Both the position numbers and the translations under genes were made by a program. A stretch of 64,000 nucleotides of DNA from Xanthobacteraceae bacterium (lineage in GTDB: Bacteria; Pseudomonadota; Alphaproteobacteria; Rhizobiales; Xanthobacteraceae): positions 11,630 through 75,629 of the forward strand of contig DATGLV010000027.1 of assembly GCA_035293945.1 (NCBI GenBank), in the 5' to 3' direction. Of this stretch, positions 9,723-19,257 are shown in pieces. The notes under the pieces are model-generated. The model saw only the letters and a list, made by a program, of their open reading frames with translations. It was not told where the DNA came from and did no database searches. Every line of letters starts with the position of its first letter. Position 1 is the stretch's first letter.

Positions 9723-11372
9723 TCAGGCGGCTCCCTTGCGCTCGACATCCTTCACGTTGGCGAAGGCGATGCCGGGGCTTTCCTGGGCCGTGTAGTCGAG
9801 GTTGAAGGCGTTGCGCGCCAGGAACACCAAGTCCCCGTCGAGATCCTCGGCGATGGACGCCCGATAGGTCGTGACAAATTTTTCGATCAGCTTACGGTCC
9901 TTGGCACTGATCCAGCGCGCAAGCGAAAACTCGGCGACCGTCCAATCGACCGCGAGGCCGTATTCGTCGGCAAGCCGCTCGCGCAGCACATCGAGCTGTA
10001 GCGGGCCGACAACCCCCACCAGGGCGGGCGAACCGTCGGTCGGGCGGAACACCTGCACCACTCCCTCCTCGCCGAGCTCCTGCAAGGCCTGCTTGAGCTT
10101 CTTGGCCTTCATGGCGTCCGGCAGTCGCACCCGGCGCAGGATTTCCGGAGCAAAGCTCGGCACGCCGACGAAATTCAGCGTCTCGCCTTCCGTCAGCGTG
10201 TCGCCGATGCGGAGCGTGCCGTGATTAGGAATGCCGACCACATCCCCCGCATAGGCTTCCTCGGCGAGCGCGCGATCCTGGGCGAAGAAGAATTGCGGCG
10301 TGCGCAGGCTCATGACCTTGCCGGTGCGTACATGGGTTGCCTTCATGCCGCGGCTGAGCTTGCCGGAGCAGATGCGCACGAAAGCCATGCGGTCGCGATG
10401 ATTGGGATCCATATTGGCCTGGATCTTGAACACGAAGGCCGACATGCCGGGCTCGGCCGCCGTCACCACGCGCTTGTCGGCAGCCTGCGCGCGCGGAGAG
10501 GGCGCCATGGCGGCCAGCGCATCGAGCAGGTCGCGCACGCCGAAATTTTTGAGCGCGCTGCCGAAGAAGACCGGCGTCATGTGCCCCTCGCGAAACGCGG
10601 CGAGATCGAACTGATGCACCGCGCCGCGCACCAGCTCGAACTCTGCTTCAGCGGCCGCGGCATCGAGCCTGGGATTGAGCGCGGCGGCTTCCGTGATGGT
10701 CGGTTCGCGGTCGGAAGCGGGGTCCGGATTGAGGAGGCGCACGCCGCCGGTCTCGATATCGATCGTGCCCATGAAATCGCGCCCGCGCCCGAGCGGCCAA
10801 TTGCGCGGAGCGGCGTCAAGCGCCAGCGTCTTCTCGATCTCGTCGATCAGATCGAGCGGATCGCGGCTCTCCTGGTCCATCTTGTTGATGAAGGTGATGA
10901 TCGGAATGTCGCGCAGGCGGCAGACCTCGAACAGCTTGCGGGTCCTGGCCTCTATGCCCTTGGCGGCATCGATCACCATGACGGCCGAATCGACGGCCGT
11001 GAGGGTGCGGTAGGTGTCCTCGGAGAAGTCCTCATGGCCAGGCGTGTCCAGGAGGTTGAATACCCGGCCGTCATACTCGAAGGTCATCACCGACGTGACC
11101 ACCGAGATTCCGCGCTCCCGCTCGATCGCCATCCAGTCGGACCGGGTTGCCCGCCGGTCGCGCTTGGCCTTGACCTGGCCGGCGAGCTGGATCGCTCCGC
11201 CGAACAACAGGAGCTTCTCGGTCAAGGTGGTCTTGCCGGCGTCCGGATGGGAGATGATCGCAAAGGTGCGCCGCCGCTCGACTGGGGTCGCCGCCTGGGG
11301 ACAGGCGCCCGGCGCAGCGTCAGTGGTCAGGTCTTGAAGGGGACGGATAGGGGCGTTCATGGCAAGCTGCAT
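9723..11372 (-). CDS. prfC: peptide chain release factor 3
   Basis: It has the translational GTPase G-motifs AIISHPDAGKTTLTEKLLLFGGAIQLAG, DTPGHEDF and NKMD. The length is 549 aa. The true start may be the internal MNAPIRP. Confidence 0.95.
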   Translation of the reverse strand: MQLAMNAPIRPLQDLTTDAAPGACPQAATPVERRRTFAIISHPDAGKTTLTEKLLLFGGAIQLAGQVKAKRDRRATRSDWMAIERERGISVVTSVMTFEYDGRVFNLLDTPGHEDFSEDTYRTLTAVDSAVMVIDAAKGIEARTRKLFEVCRLRDIPIITFINKMDQESRDPLDLIDEIEKTLALDAAPRNWPLGRGRDFMGTIDIETGGVRLLNPDPASDREPTITEAAALNPRLDAAAAEAEFELVRGAVHQFDLAAFREGHMTPVFFGSALKNFGVRDLLDALAAMAPSPRAQAADKRVVTAAEPGMSAFVFKIQANMDPNHRDRMAFVRICSGKLSRGMKATHVRTGKVMSLRTPQFFFAQDRALAEEAYAGDVVGIPNHGTLRIGDTLTEGETLNFVGVPSFAPEILRRVRLPDAMKAKKLKQALQELGEEGVVQVFRPTDGSPALVGVVGPLQLDVLRERLADEYGLAVDWTVAEFSLARWISAKDRKLIEKFVTTYRASIAEDLDGDLVFLARNAFNLDYTAQESPGIAFANVKDVERKGAA

Positions 11373-11444
11373 GTGGCAGTTCTATCCGAATCGATCAAGG
11401 CACTGCCGCCCATTGAGCCACCGGGAGAGATATCGGAGAAGTAA

Positions 11445-12356
11445 ATGTCGCCAGCATCGCCGCTTCCACCCGTTGTCGAGCCGGTGTCCGGTTCCGCGAT
11501 TCCGGTTCGCCTGATGCTTGTGGAGACAATCGACGGGCTCTACGCCCCGATCGGGCTAAGACTGCCGGAAGGCAACGGGCCGTTTCCACTGGTGCTGTTC
11601 GCGTCCGGCAATGGGGGCGGCGGCCTGGCGTGGGTGCGGGCGGCGACGCAGAACAGAAGCTGGACCCAGGAGCAGTTCCTCGCTGCGGGTTTTGCCGTCG
11701 CCTGGACGCGATATCGCGCCGAGGTGGACTACGCCTATGACCGGTCGCCCAAGCTGATCGTGGATACGCGCCAGCATGGGCAACTCTTCAATCGCGGCCC
11801 GCTCGAGTTCGAGGACATCATCGCGATCGCCGACTTCGCCAAGACGCTGCCGGAGATCGCTGCGGACCGGATTGGGTATATGGGGATGAGTCACGGCGGC
11901 GAAATGGCGTTCAAGATCGCCTCCGAGTACCGCGGCTTCCGCGCCATGATCGCGAGCGAGCCGGCCGCGCACGAGTTCCTGCGCCTTCGCCCCGACGCCA
12001 GCGCGCGCATCAATCCGGCAACCGGCCTTCTCGACATCGAGAGCCTGCTGATGCGCGAGACCGGGAAGGTGCGCGGCCGCATTACCGAGGAGGTCGCCCG
12101 TGCGCGCATCGCCGGCATCGCGACGCCGATTTTCGTGCAGGGCCGCAACAGCGACGAGCTGCAGGGCATCTTCCGCGTCTGCTACGACTTGCTGATCGAA
12201 GCCGGCAAGGACGCCACGTGGGCAACTTATGAGCACGATGTGCACGGCTTTGTGTATGTCGAGCGGAACGCAAGCGGGGTCTACGCGCCCGATGCCGTGC
12301 AGAGGCAGGCGGTCAAGGACTCGATCGCGTTCTTCGACCAGCACCTCAAGGCGTAG
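11445..12356 (+). CDS. alpha/beta hydrolase (dienelactone hydrolase / S9-like)
   Basis: It has the nucleophile elbow GMSHGG and a C-terminal catalytic His context (YEHDVHGF). Confidence 0.7.
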   Translation: MSPASPLPPVVEPVSGSAIPVRLMLVETIDGLYAPIGLRLPEGNGPFPLVLFASGNGGGGLAWVRAATQNRSWTQEQFLAAGFAVAWTRYRAEVDYAYDRSPKLIVDTRQHGQLFNRGPLEFEDIIAIADFAKTLPEIAADRIGYMGMSHGGEMAFKIASEYRGFRAMIASEPAAHEFLRLRPDASARINPATGLLDIESLLMRETGKVRGRITEEVARARIAGIATPIFVQGRNSDELQGIFRVCYDLLIEAGKDATWATYEHDVHGFVYVERNASGVYAPDAVQRQAVKDSIAFFDQHLKA

Positions 12357-12543
12357 CCCAGCGGCCATCAGGCCGCGCTCGCCACCGCACACACTCCCGC
12401 AACCGAAGCGGCTGATATTGCGCAATGTGGGCTGCGGCGCTCTGTTATAACAGGACTAGAACCGGAAAGGTCATGAGCACCTCCAGGTGCCTTAATCGTA
12501 GATCGGGGCGCTGGCCGCGACAATCAGATCCGACGCCCGAAGA

Positions 12544-13596
12544 TCACCGCATCATAGCGCGAAGAGAAAGACCAATATCGGTCCCGGCGATCCTTGCGTA
12601 AGCATCGGTGACATGGGTCGGGTCCTGGAAGTTTCTTGGGTCTCGCGCGACGTCATCGTCTACAAGTCGATCGATGATGAAGGTCCCCGGCCGCGATCGG
12701 GCAATCTCGTTAAACTGGACCTTGCATTCAGCCAATACAGTTGCGGCTCGGCTGTCCGGAGCCGGCAGCGCTGATTTCGCATAGGGCATGAACACCAATG
12801 CGACGATGGTCTGCGGGCTCAATGCGCTGATCGCCTCCTGCAGACGCTTGACACCGGAGAAGAACATGGAGCTGGGCGCAATCGGCGGGGCTTGCGGCGG
12901 CGGAGCTGGAGGAGCAGCCGGAAGAAATGCTTGCGAACTAGACCACGCCGCCAAAGTCCGCTGCATGTCGGCCAGGTCGCCGGCGCTCGGCGGATTTGTC
13001 GCGCCATCCATGCGGCCGTAGGGCGGCGCGTGCAAGAGATGCACGGCCACGCGATAAAACGCGGCTTGAATGGCATCTATTGAAAAGACATGAGCGAGAT
13101 AGTCGAGACTACTGCCGGAATAAAGCCAGCTTGGAAAGCGATCATAGCTGCGAACGAATTCCCCATCATGCGCGCACCATCCATCGTCGACGACCCATAC
13201 CAAGGCTCTTGGCGACCCGCGCCGTTCACGTGCAAAAGCGTTCGCAATCGCGAGCTCTCCTTCGGGCCCTATCGCCAAGATTCCCAATTGCACAAAGTGC
13301 AGCCCGGTCAGGATGCTCAATTGCACCGGATCAAGGCCGATGCCGTGTGAATTTCCGACGATTGCCGAATCGAATCGTTGGTCGCGCAGTCTGCCCATGT
13401 TGCCGAGCGATCGGCTGGAAATTGCCGTGTCGACGCCAGGAATCAACCCGAAGCGACCGACAGAATAGGGATCACACAGCACGACAAGGGCATAAAGAAA
13501 AACGCCGCCGCCTATTGCGGCGCTGAGGAATCGCACGATCCAACCGCGATAGAGGAGATCGGCTTCCGACTCAGAACTGAAAGTAGACGAATTCAT
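12544..13596 (-). CDS. membrane-anchored SGNH-like partner of the MBOAT protein; family not firmly recognised
   Basis: It has one N-terminal TM helix (FLSAAIGGGVFLYALVVL). A block-I-like IVGNSHG and a C-terminal DPTH (DxxH) motif are present. Its start overlaps the MBOAT stop by 26 nt. Confidence 0.55.
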   Translation of the reverse strand: MNSSTFSSESEADLLYRGWIVRFLSAAIGGGVFLYALVVLCDPYSVGRFGLIPGVDTAISSRSLGNMGRLRDQRFDSAIVGNSHGIGLDPVQLSILTGLHFVQLGILAIGPEGELAIANAFARERRGSPRALVWVVDDGWCAHDGEFVRSYDRFPSWLYSGSSLDYLAHVFSIDAIQAAFYRVAVHLLHAPPYGRMDGATNPPSAGDLADMQRTLAAWSSSQAFLPAAPPAPPPQAPPIAPSSMFFSGVKRLQEAISALSPQTIVALVFMPYAKSALPAPDSRAATVLAECKVQFNEIARSRPGTFIIDRLVDDDVARDPRNFQDPTHVTDAYARIAGTDIGLSLRAMMR

Positions 13597-14953
13597 GGGT
13601 CTCCTCTCGCCCGATCATCGCGAGAATGAGAATGGCTGCCAATGCCATCGCGTAGGCATTGATGCCGTATGGCCGCTCCGACAACCAACGAGCGATGTCC
13701 TGGCTCGGCGGCAGTGCGATCGCAACCACGAGAGCGATTTCCAGGGTTCTCCGGCCATCAGCGCTGAAAAAACGGGGCGCGACCGCGAGCCCCTGGTAGA
13801 TGTGCCAAATCGCTGCAAACGATTCGGCACGAAAGAACACGCTGGTCACAACGAAGAAGCTGATCGTCAGCGCCCAACCGATCAGCGGCATGAGCGGCGG
13901 ACCGTATCGCCGCCACGTGGCTGCGACGGCGAGTGCAAGGCCCTGCAGCGTGCCCCAGATCATATAGTGCCAAGCCGCACCATGCCAGAGGCCGCATAGC
14001 GCCATCGTGGCGAGCAGCGCAAAGAGAAGACGGTTGGCACGATGTCGGGGGCCGCCGATCCGCAGCCTTGAGAGCGGCGTGAACACGTAGTCGCGCAAAA
14101 AGCGGGCGAGCGTCATGTGCCAGCTCTGCCAAAATTGCAGTATGCTGGTGCAACGAAACGGACCGTTAAAGTTCTCCGGCAATTCGATCCCGAAGATGAG
14201 ACCGAGGCCGATCGCGATGTCCGAATACCCGGCGAAGTCAAAAAAGATCTGAAAAGCGAACGCAAGCGCCATCCAGGCATCGCCGGCCGGCAACGGACCG
14301 ATCAGCGCGTGCGCATAGATGGGGTCTGTAGCGTCACGGAGCGGGTCGGCAATTACGACCTTTTGGATGAGCCCGAGGACGATGAATGTTACGCCGAGGA
14401 CACAAGATTTCTCCCAGCCAGGTCTGAAAACCTGGCGGCCGAACTGATCCATGACCTCATTCCAGCGCGCTATCGGGCCGGCTATCGCCTGCGGAAAGAA
14501 GCAAATATAGAGGGCGTAATGGGCGAGCGGATAAAGTGGCGCGCGGTTCCGTCGTAGATCAACCAAATACATTATGTGATGGAAGGTGAAAAAGCTGATC
14601 CCAAGCGGCAGCGCCAGATGCAGCGGCGCGAAGTGCGACCCCAGCAGCAGGGATACGTTCTCTTCAAAGAAATTAGCGTATTTGAATAGCCCAAGCACCG
14701 CCAGATTGGCCACAATGGCGGCGGTGATGATGATCGGACTCTTGCGTGCGGCATAAACGCGGCTCGCCAGCCAATTGAACAGGATCGAGCCCAGCATCAG
14801 GGGAACGAAGCGCACATCCCAGTAGCCGTAGAAGACCAGCGAAAGTGCGATCAAGACCCAAATGCGCGACCGCGGATAATCGTCCGCAATGCGATAGATC
14901 GCAATTGCTGAGGGCAGAAACAGCAAGAGAAACGTATAACTGTTGAACAGCAT
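13571..14953 (-). CDS. MBOAT family O-acyltransferase (AlgI/DltB/PatA-like)
   Basis: 460 aa and polytopic. It has a typical MLFNSYTFLLLF N-terminus and the MBOAT catalytic His region FWQSWHMTLARFLRDYVF. Confidence 0.85.
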   Translation of the reverse strand: MLFNSYTFLLLFLPSAIAIYRIADDYPRSRIWVLIALSLVFYGYWDVRFVPLMLGSILFNWLASRVYAARKSPIIITAAIVANLAVLGLFKYANFFEENVSLLLGSHFAPLHLALPLGISFFTFHHIMYLVDLRRNRAPLYPLAHYALYICFFPQAIAGPIARWNEVMDQFGRQVFRPGWEKSCVLGVTFIVLGLIQKVVIADPLRDATDPIYAHALIGPLPAGDAWMALAFAFQIFFDFAGYSDIAIGLGLIFGIELPENFNGPFRCTSILQFWQSWHMTLARFLRDYVFTPLSRLRIGGPRHRANRLLFALLATMALCGLWHGAAWHYMIWGTLQGLALAVAATWRRYGPPLMPLIGWALTISFFVVTSVFFRAESFAAIWHIYQGLAVAPRFFSADGRRTLEIALVVAIALPPSQDIARWLSERPYGINAYAMALAAILILAMIGREETHEFVYFQF

Positions 14954-15322
14954 TAATGGTCGACGTGAATCTTGAAGCCGCGGCGGACCGATCCGCGGTG
15001 GCGGCAGGCCGGTACGTCTTCGCGGCGGTGGACTTTCCCCGAGCGGAGCTTAACACGCCGTGGCGGCGCCGTCCTTTACATCACCCGCAAGATTGGCCCG
15101 ACAATGCCGATCCGGGCATTGCAGAGCGCGACGGGCGCTCCATCGGGCCCCGCTGGCAAAAAAACGAATCAACAACCTGGTCGGCCTCTCGCGCACAAAA
15201 AAGGCCCGGCGTGAGCTCTCGGCCGGGCGCGATCCACCAGTTTCAATTTCGCAAATAGTGTGATTTGCCGGAGGGCGTCAAGCGCACTTTGAGCCGCGCC
15301 CCATGAGCCGGCCGCCGACGGC

Positions 15323-15341
15323 CCTTTACATAACTTTACAT
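15323..15341. promoter_or_regulatory. CpxR-type direct repeat, GTAAA-N5-GTAAA on the reverse strand
   Basis: The + strand reads ccTTTACataacTTTACat, with TTTAC at 15325-15329 and 15335-15339. The second half-site ends 86 bp upstream of the spy/cpxP-like ATG. The adjacent genes encode an OmpR-family regulator and its kinase. Confidence 0.45.
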
Positions 15342-15424
15342 GGCGCACATCCGCGAGAAAACCGCCGCTCCTAGCTTTCGCGGGCGCAGGCAAGCCCGCC
15401 TGCTGACAAGACGAGGAGCTCCGC

Positions 15425-16030
15425 ATGCCCGATCAAAGCAATGCCGATTCAAACAATAGCGCGCCCGGCTCAACTGCCGCCCCAAGCCGCCGGCGCGGTG
15501 GTCTCCTGGTGCTCGCCCTCGTCGCGGTCGCGGTCGTCGCCGGTCTCACCGGCAATATGCTGACCACGGCGTTCGGCCAGGGCTTTGCCTGGCACGTGTG
15601 GCGCGACGGCGGCTTCGCGGGCGGATTCATGAGCGGGCCGCTCACGGAGGCGCAGATCGATGATCGCATCGACCGGGTTACCAAGCATCTGGCGATCGAG
15701 CTCGACGCCACTTCCGACCAGCAGATGAAGATCGCTTCGATCGCCAAGGCGGCGGTGACTGATTTGCTGCCCATGCGCGAAAAAGCGCAGGCCGCACGCC
15801 GCCAGGCGGTTGGGTTGTTGACTGCTCCGACCGTGGACCGCGCCGCCATCGAGAAGCTGCGCGCCGACCAGATTGCGCTCGCCGACGCCGCCAGCAAGCG
15901 TATCGTTCAGGCCGCAGACGACGCCTCCGAGGTGCTCAATCCGGAGCAGCGGCGCAAGATCGCGGACTGGCTTGCGGTCCTCCACGAGGGGGGTGGCCCG
16001 TGGATGATGATGCGCTGGCACAACGGTTGA
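15425..16030 (+). CDS. periplasmic Spy/CpxP-family (LTxxQ) protein
   Basis: A GAGGAG ribosome-binding site precedes it. It has an N-terminal TM/signal segment and LTxxQ-type motifs (PLTEAQ, LNPEQRRKI). The protein is otherwise helical and Ala/Gln/Asp-rich. Confidence 0.75.
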   Translation: MPDQSNADSNNSAPGSTAAPSRRRGGLLVLALVAVAVVAGLTGNMLTTAFGQGFAWHVWRDGGFAGGFMSGPLTEAQIDDRIDRVTKHLAIELDATSDQQMKIASIAKAAVTDLLPMREKAQAARRQAVGLLTAPTVDRAAIEKLRADQIALADAASKRIVQAADDASEVLNPEQRRKIADWLAVLHEGGGPWMMMRWHNG

Positions 16031-16169
16031 TCCGCGCGCTGCACTGATCGAAACTGTGCGGGAAGTCGATCCCGACCGGGGACGGTATTGACCCCGACCG
16101 GGATTGGCGACCTGACGCACTCATGGCCTAATCATTCACGATGATCCGTCCGCGTCGACATAGTCGTGA

Positions 16170-16862
16170 TTGAAATTGAGTGAACGCATCCTCCTTATCG
16201 AAGACGATTCCCGTCTTGCCGGCATGGTCGCGGAGTACCTCGGCAAGGCGGGCTTCCAGGTCGTCCATGCCGAGGACGGCGCGCGCGGGATCGCGCTCCA
16301 TGGGCGGGAGGCGCTCGATGCCGTCATCCTCGACTTGATGCTGCCGGACGCCGACGGCCTGGACGTCTGCCGGCAGATCCGCGGCCGTTCCGACTGCCCC
16401 ATCCTGATGCTCACCGCGCGCGGCGACCCAATGGATCGCGTGGTGGGGCTCGAGATGGGTGCCGACGATTATCTGCCCAAGCCGTTCGAGCCGCGCGAGT
16501 TGCTGGCGCGCCTGCGGGCGATCCTCCGGCGCGGGCGCGGCGGCGCAAAGCGCGACGTGCTGCGATATGGAAAGCTCGAGATCGACCGCGGCTCACGCGA
16601 AGTCCGTCTCGACGGTGCGGCGCGTCCGCTCACCAGCTATCAGTTCGCGCTGCTGCTGGCGCTCGCCGAGCATGCCGGACGCGTCATGTCGCGCGATGCT
16701 CTCATGGATCTGGTCAAGGGCGAACAGCTCGAAGCCTTCGACCGCTCGATCGATGTGCACGTCTCGCGCATTCGCGCCGCCATCGAGGATGATCCGAAGA
16801 AGCCGCGCCGCATCATCACGGTGCGCGGCGCCGGCTATGTGTTCGCCAAAGCGCAGGATTGA
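16170..16862 (+). CDS. OmpR/PhoB-family response regulator (CpxR-like)
   Basis: The receiver domain shows ILLIEDD, ILDLMLPDADG and LTARGD...DDYLPKPF. The winged-helix output shows IDVHVSRIR...TVRGAGYVF. The start is TTG at 16170 or 16176. Confidence 0.9.
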   Translation: MKLSERILLIEDDSRLAGMVAEYLGKAGFQVVHAEDGARGIALHGREALDAVILDLMLPDADGLDVCRQIRGRSDCPILMLTARGDPMDRVVGLEMGADDYLPKPFEPRELLARLRAILRRGRGGAKRDVLRYGKLEIDRGSREVRLDGAARPLTSYQFALLLALAEHAGRVMSRDALMDLVKGEQLEAFDRSIDVHVSRIRAAIEDDPKKPRRIITVRGAGYVFAKAQD

Positions 16863-16872
16863 AAGCGTTCCC

Positions 16873-18111
16873 ATGCGGCGCCTCTATGTGCAAATCTACT
16901 TCACTATCGTGGTGAGCCTCTTTCTGGTGGTGCTCACCGCCTTGCTGGTCTGGCACTTCAGCGCCGGCGTGTTGCCGTTCGAGCAGCCATTCGAGGTCGC
17001 GGGCAACATCGTCGCCGAGCTGGTGCCGCCCGCGAATGCGCCGCGGTCGGCGCAACAGCAGGCGATTGATCGACTGGCGCAGCATCTGGGGGGCGACCTT
17101 GCTCTCTTCGGTGCCGGCAATGATCCGATCGCCGCTGCCGGCAGGCCGCTGCCTCCGCCGCCCAACCGGCTGCATACCGGCGTCGTGATCAGGACCGGGG
17201 CCGGTCCGGCGGTTTCGATCCGCCTTCCGGACGGGCGCTGGGTGGTCGCGCGCCTTCCATTCGGAACACGTCCGAGCTCCGCCAGGCTCGCGGTCTTCCT
17301 CGGATTGATCGCACTCGCGGTCGCGCTCGGCGCACGGCCGGTGGTGCGCCGGCTCACCGGACGGCTCGAGCGCCTGCAGCGCGGGGTGGAGTCACTCGGG
17401 GCGGGCGATCTCAGTGCCCGCGTCAAGGTCGAGGGCCGCGACGAGGTCGCACAGCTCGCACAAAGCTTCAATCAGGCGGCGGCCCGCATCGAGAATCTGG
17501 TTCAGGCACAGAAGATGCTGCTCGCCAACGCGTCGCATGAGCTGCGCACCCCGCTCACCCGCATTCGCCTCGGCCTCGAGCTGGTCCAGGCCGAGCCCAG
17601 CCGCAAGGCGGAGCTGGAGCGCGACATCGCCGAGCTCGACCAAATGGTCGACGAGATCCTCACTGTCAGCCGTCTCGATGCAACCGAGAGACTCGACGTC
17701 CACGAAGACGTCGATCTCGCCGCTTTGGCGGCCGAGGAGTGCGCGCGTTACGAGGATTGTTTGGTGCGCGGTCAGTCGGTCGTTGTCAACGGCGACCCGG
17801 CCCTCTTGCGCCGGATGATCCGCAACCTGGTTGAGAATGCGAAGCTCCATGGCAAGCCGCCGGTCCAGGTCCAGGTTGAGCGGCGCGGCAAAGAGGCCCG
17901 GCTCAGCGTGGCCGATGGCGGCGAAGTGATCGCCAAAGCGGCGCGTGAGCGGCTGTTCTCTGCGTTCCAGCGTATTCCTGAGCGCGGCGGGCCAAAAGGC
18001 ACCGGCCTTGGCCTCGCGCTGGTCCGGCAGATTGCACGCCGACACGGGGGCGATGCCACTTATCAATCCGAGCGCGGCAATTGTTTCGCGGTAACACTGC
18101 CGGCAGCGTAA
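16873..18111 (+). CDS. sensor histidine kinase (CpxA/EnvZ-like: 2 TM, HAMP, HisKA, HATPase_c)
   Basis: I chose the ATG at 16873 (MRRLYVQIYFTIVVSLFL) rather than the track start at 16459, which overlaps the regulator. It has the H-box ASHELRTPLT, plus N- and G-boxes (ENAKLHG, GTGLGLALV). Confidence 0.9.
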   Translation: MRRLYVQIYFTIVVSLFLVVLTALLVWHFSAGVLPFEQPFEVAGNIVAELVPPANAPRSAQQQAIDRLAQHLGGDLALFGAGNDPIAAAGRPLPPPPNRLHTGVVIRTGAGPAVSIRLPDGRWVVARLPFGTRPSSARLAVFLGLIALAVALGARPVVRRLTGRLERLQRGVESLGAGDLSARVKVEGRDEVAQLAQSFNQAAARIENLVQAQKMLLANASHELRTPLTRIRLGLELVQAEPSRKAELERDIAELDQMVDEILTVSRLDATERLDVHEDVDLAALAAEECARYEDCLVRGQSVVVNGDPALLRRMIRNLVENAKLHGKPPVQVQVERRGKEARLSVADGGEVIAKAARERLFSAFQRIPERGGPKGTGLGLALVRQIARRHGGDATYQSERGNCFAVTLPAA

Positions 18112-18226
18112 AGCAGATTTCGGAGCAGGTTCTCCGACATTCGGTGGGCGAGACCACCGCATGCGCTCTCCAATCTGCCCAACCTTCGCGTGATCATCTA
18201 TAGTCTCGACCCGAAGGGGGATTCAC

Positions 18227-18769
18227 GTGAGCCTGTCGGCTTGGATCAAGAAGGTGATCGGGTTGAGCAAGGCGCCGGCGAGCGCGCAGGCGGCCGCGCC
18301 AGCACCGTCGGCGCAAGCGTCGCCGTTGCCGCGCATCGACGGCGCGGCTGCGCCGGTGGAAAGCAAACGGCCAAGCGATGGGCCGCCCCCCTGCGTCGAG
18401 CCGGACGCCAACGCAGATGCCATCACCGTTGAGCCGGTCCAGCCGATCGATATCAAGACCGAAGTTGAAATCGAGGCCGAGTCTGCCGGTCCCCCGCGTC
18501 CCGACATCGAGCCTGAGCTCGCGCCGGTGATCGAGGTCGACCCCGAAAGCCCACCGACAGCGGAAGAGATCGACCGGCGCCGCGCTATGGTGCGCGGTTT
18601 CTTCAACGACTACTGGTCGTCGATCGAGGACAAGCCAGCGTCATTTGCCGAACGGCTGGACCATGCCGAAAGTTACATCAACGAGCGGGTGGCGGCCGGG
18701 GGCGAAGCCTGGCGCCTTGGTCCGGCAACCCGCAAACAGCTCGGGCTACCGCCGTCCAAGAACCGGTGA
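18227..18769 (+). CDS. hypothetical protein with a Pro/Ala/Glu-rich N-half and a conserved-looking C-half
   Basis: The ORF starts at a GTG. It has coherent GC3-rich codon usage and no recognisable motif. Confidence 0.5.
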   Translation: MSLSAWIKKVIGLSKAPASAQAAAPAPSAQASPLPRIDGAAAPVESKRPSDGPPPCVEPDANADAITVEPVQPIDIKTEVEIEAESAGPPRPDIEPELAPVIEVDPESPPTAEEIDRRRAMVRGFFNDYWSSIEDKPASFAERLDHAESYINERVAAGGEAWRLGPATRKQLGLPPSKNR

Positions 18770-18771
18770 GC

Positions 18772-19257
18772 TTATTTGGTGGCGGCGATGACTTCGCTGA
18801 TTTCAGCGAGGAATCCCAATGCGGCGGGACTGCTGCGACCGCGCCCGCTCTTGCTGACGCGCGCAACGGCGTCCTTGATGATGTCCTGGATGACAAGAGC
18901 GATCAGGTCGCTGTCACGATCGGCTTTCATCGCCGCGATGGCGAGCTGGGCATATCGACGGCCGAGACGAACGTCATTCTCGCGCTTTCCGGTCGACTCG
19001 ACATTCCAGAAGCTTTCTGGACGGACCAGGGGCTGGTCGTTGGGGCCAACCTTGACGAACGGCAGAGCCTTGGTGGCCGGCAGCGTGAAACGGCGGATTT
19101 CCTCGCCAAGCGCCTGGTCGGGCGTCGGTGCCGAATAAGCGAGGCGCAGGAATCCCGGGGAGCGCTGCGGTTTCAGCGGCCGCGGCGACCGCTGCGGCTG
19201 CTCCGGACGTTCCGATCTATCAGAATTTTTGGCCTTGGACCGAGACTTGGCCGTCAT
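18772..19257 (-). CDS. hypothetical protein with a basic N-terminus
   Basis: I chose the internal ATG (MTAKSRSKAKNS...). It is convergent with 18227-18769 and the two are separated by 2 nt. No motif was recognised. Confidence 0.45.
   Translation of the reverse strand: MTAKSRSKAKNSDRSERPEQPQRSPRPLKPQRSPGFLRLAYSAPTPDQALGEEIRRFTLPATKALPFVKVGPNDQPLVRPESFWNVESTGKRENDVRLGRRYAQLAIAAMKADRDSDLIALVIQDIIKDAVARVSKSGRGRSSPAALGFLAEISEVIAATK

Noticed and set aside
16459-16872. The N-terminal 138 codons of track ORF 16459-18111, the kinase.
   Set aside because: This stretch overlaps the response-regulator gene in another frame. It reads as Ser/Arg/Ala-rich noise. The kinase TM1 begins right after the ATG at 16873.
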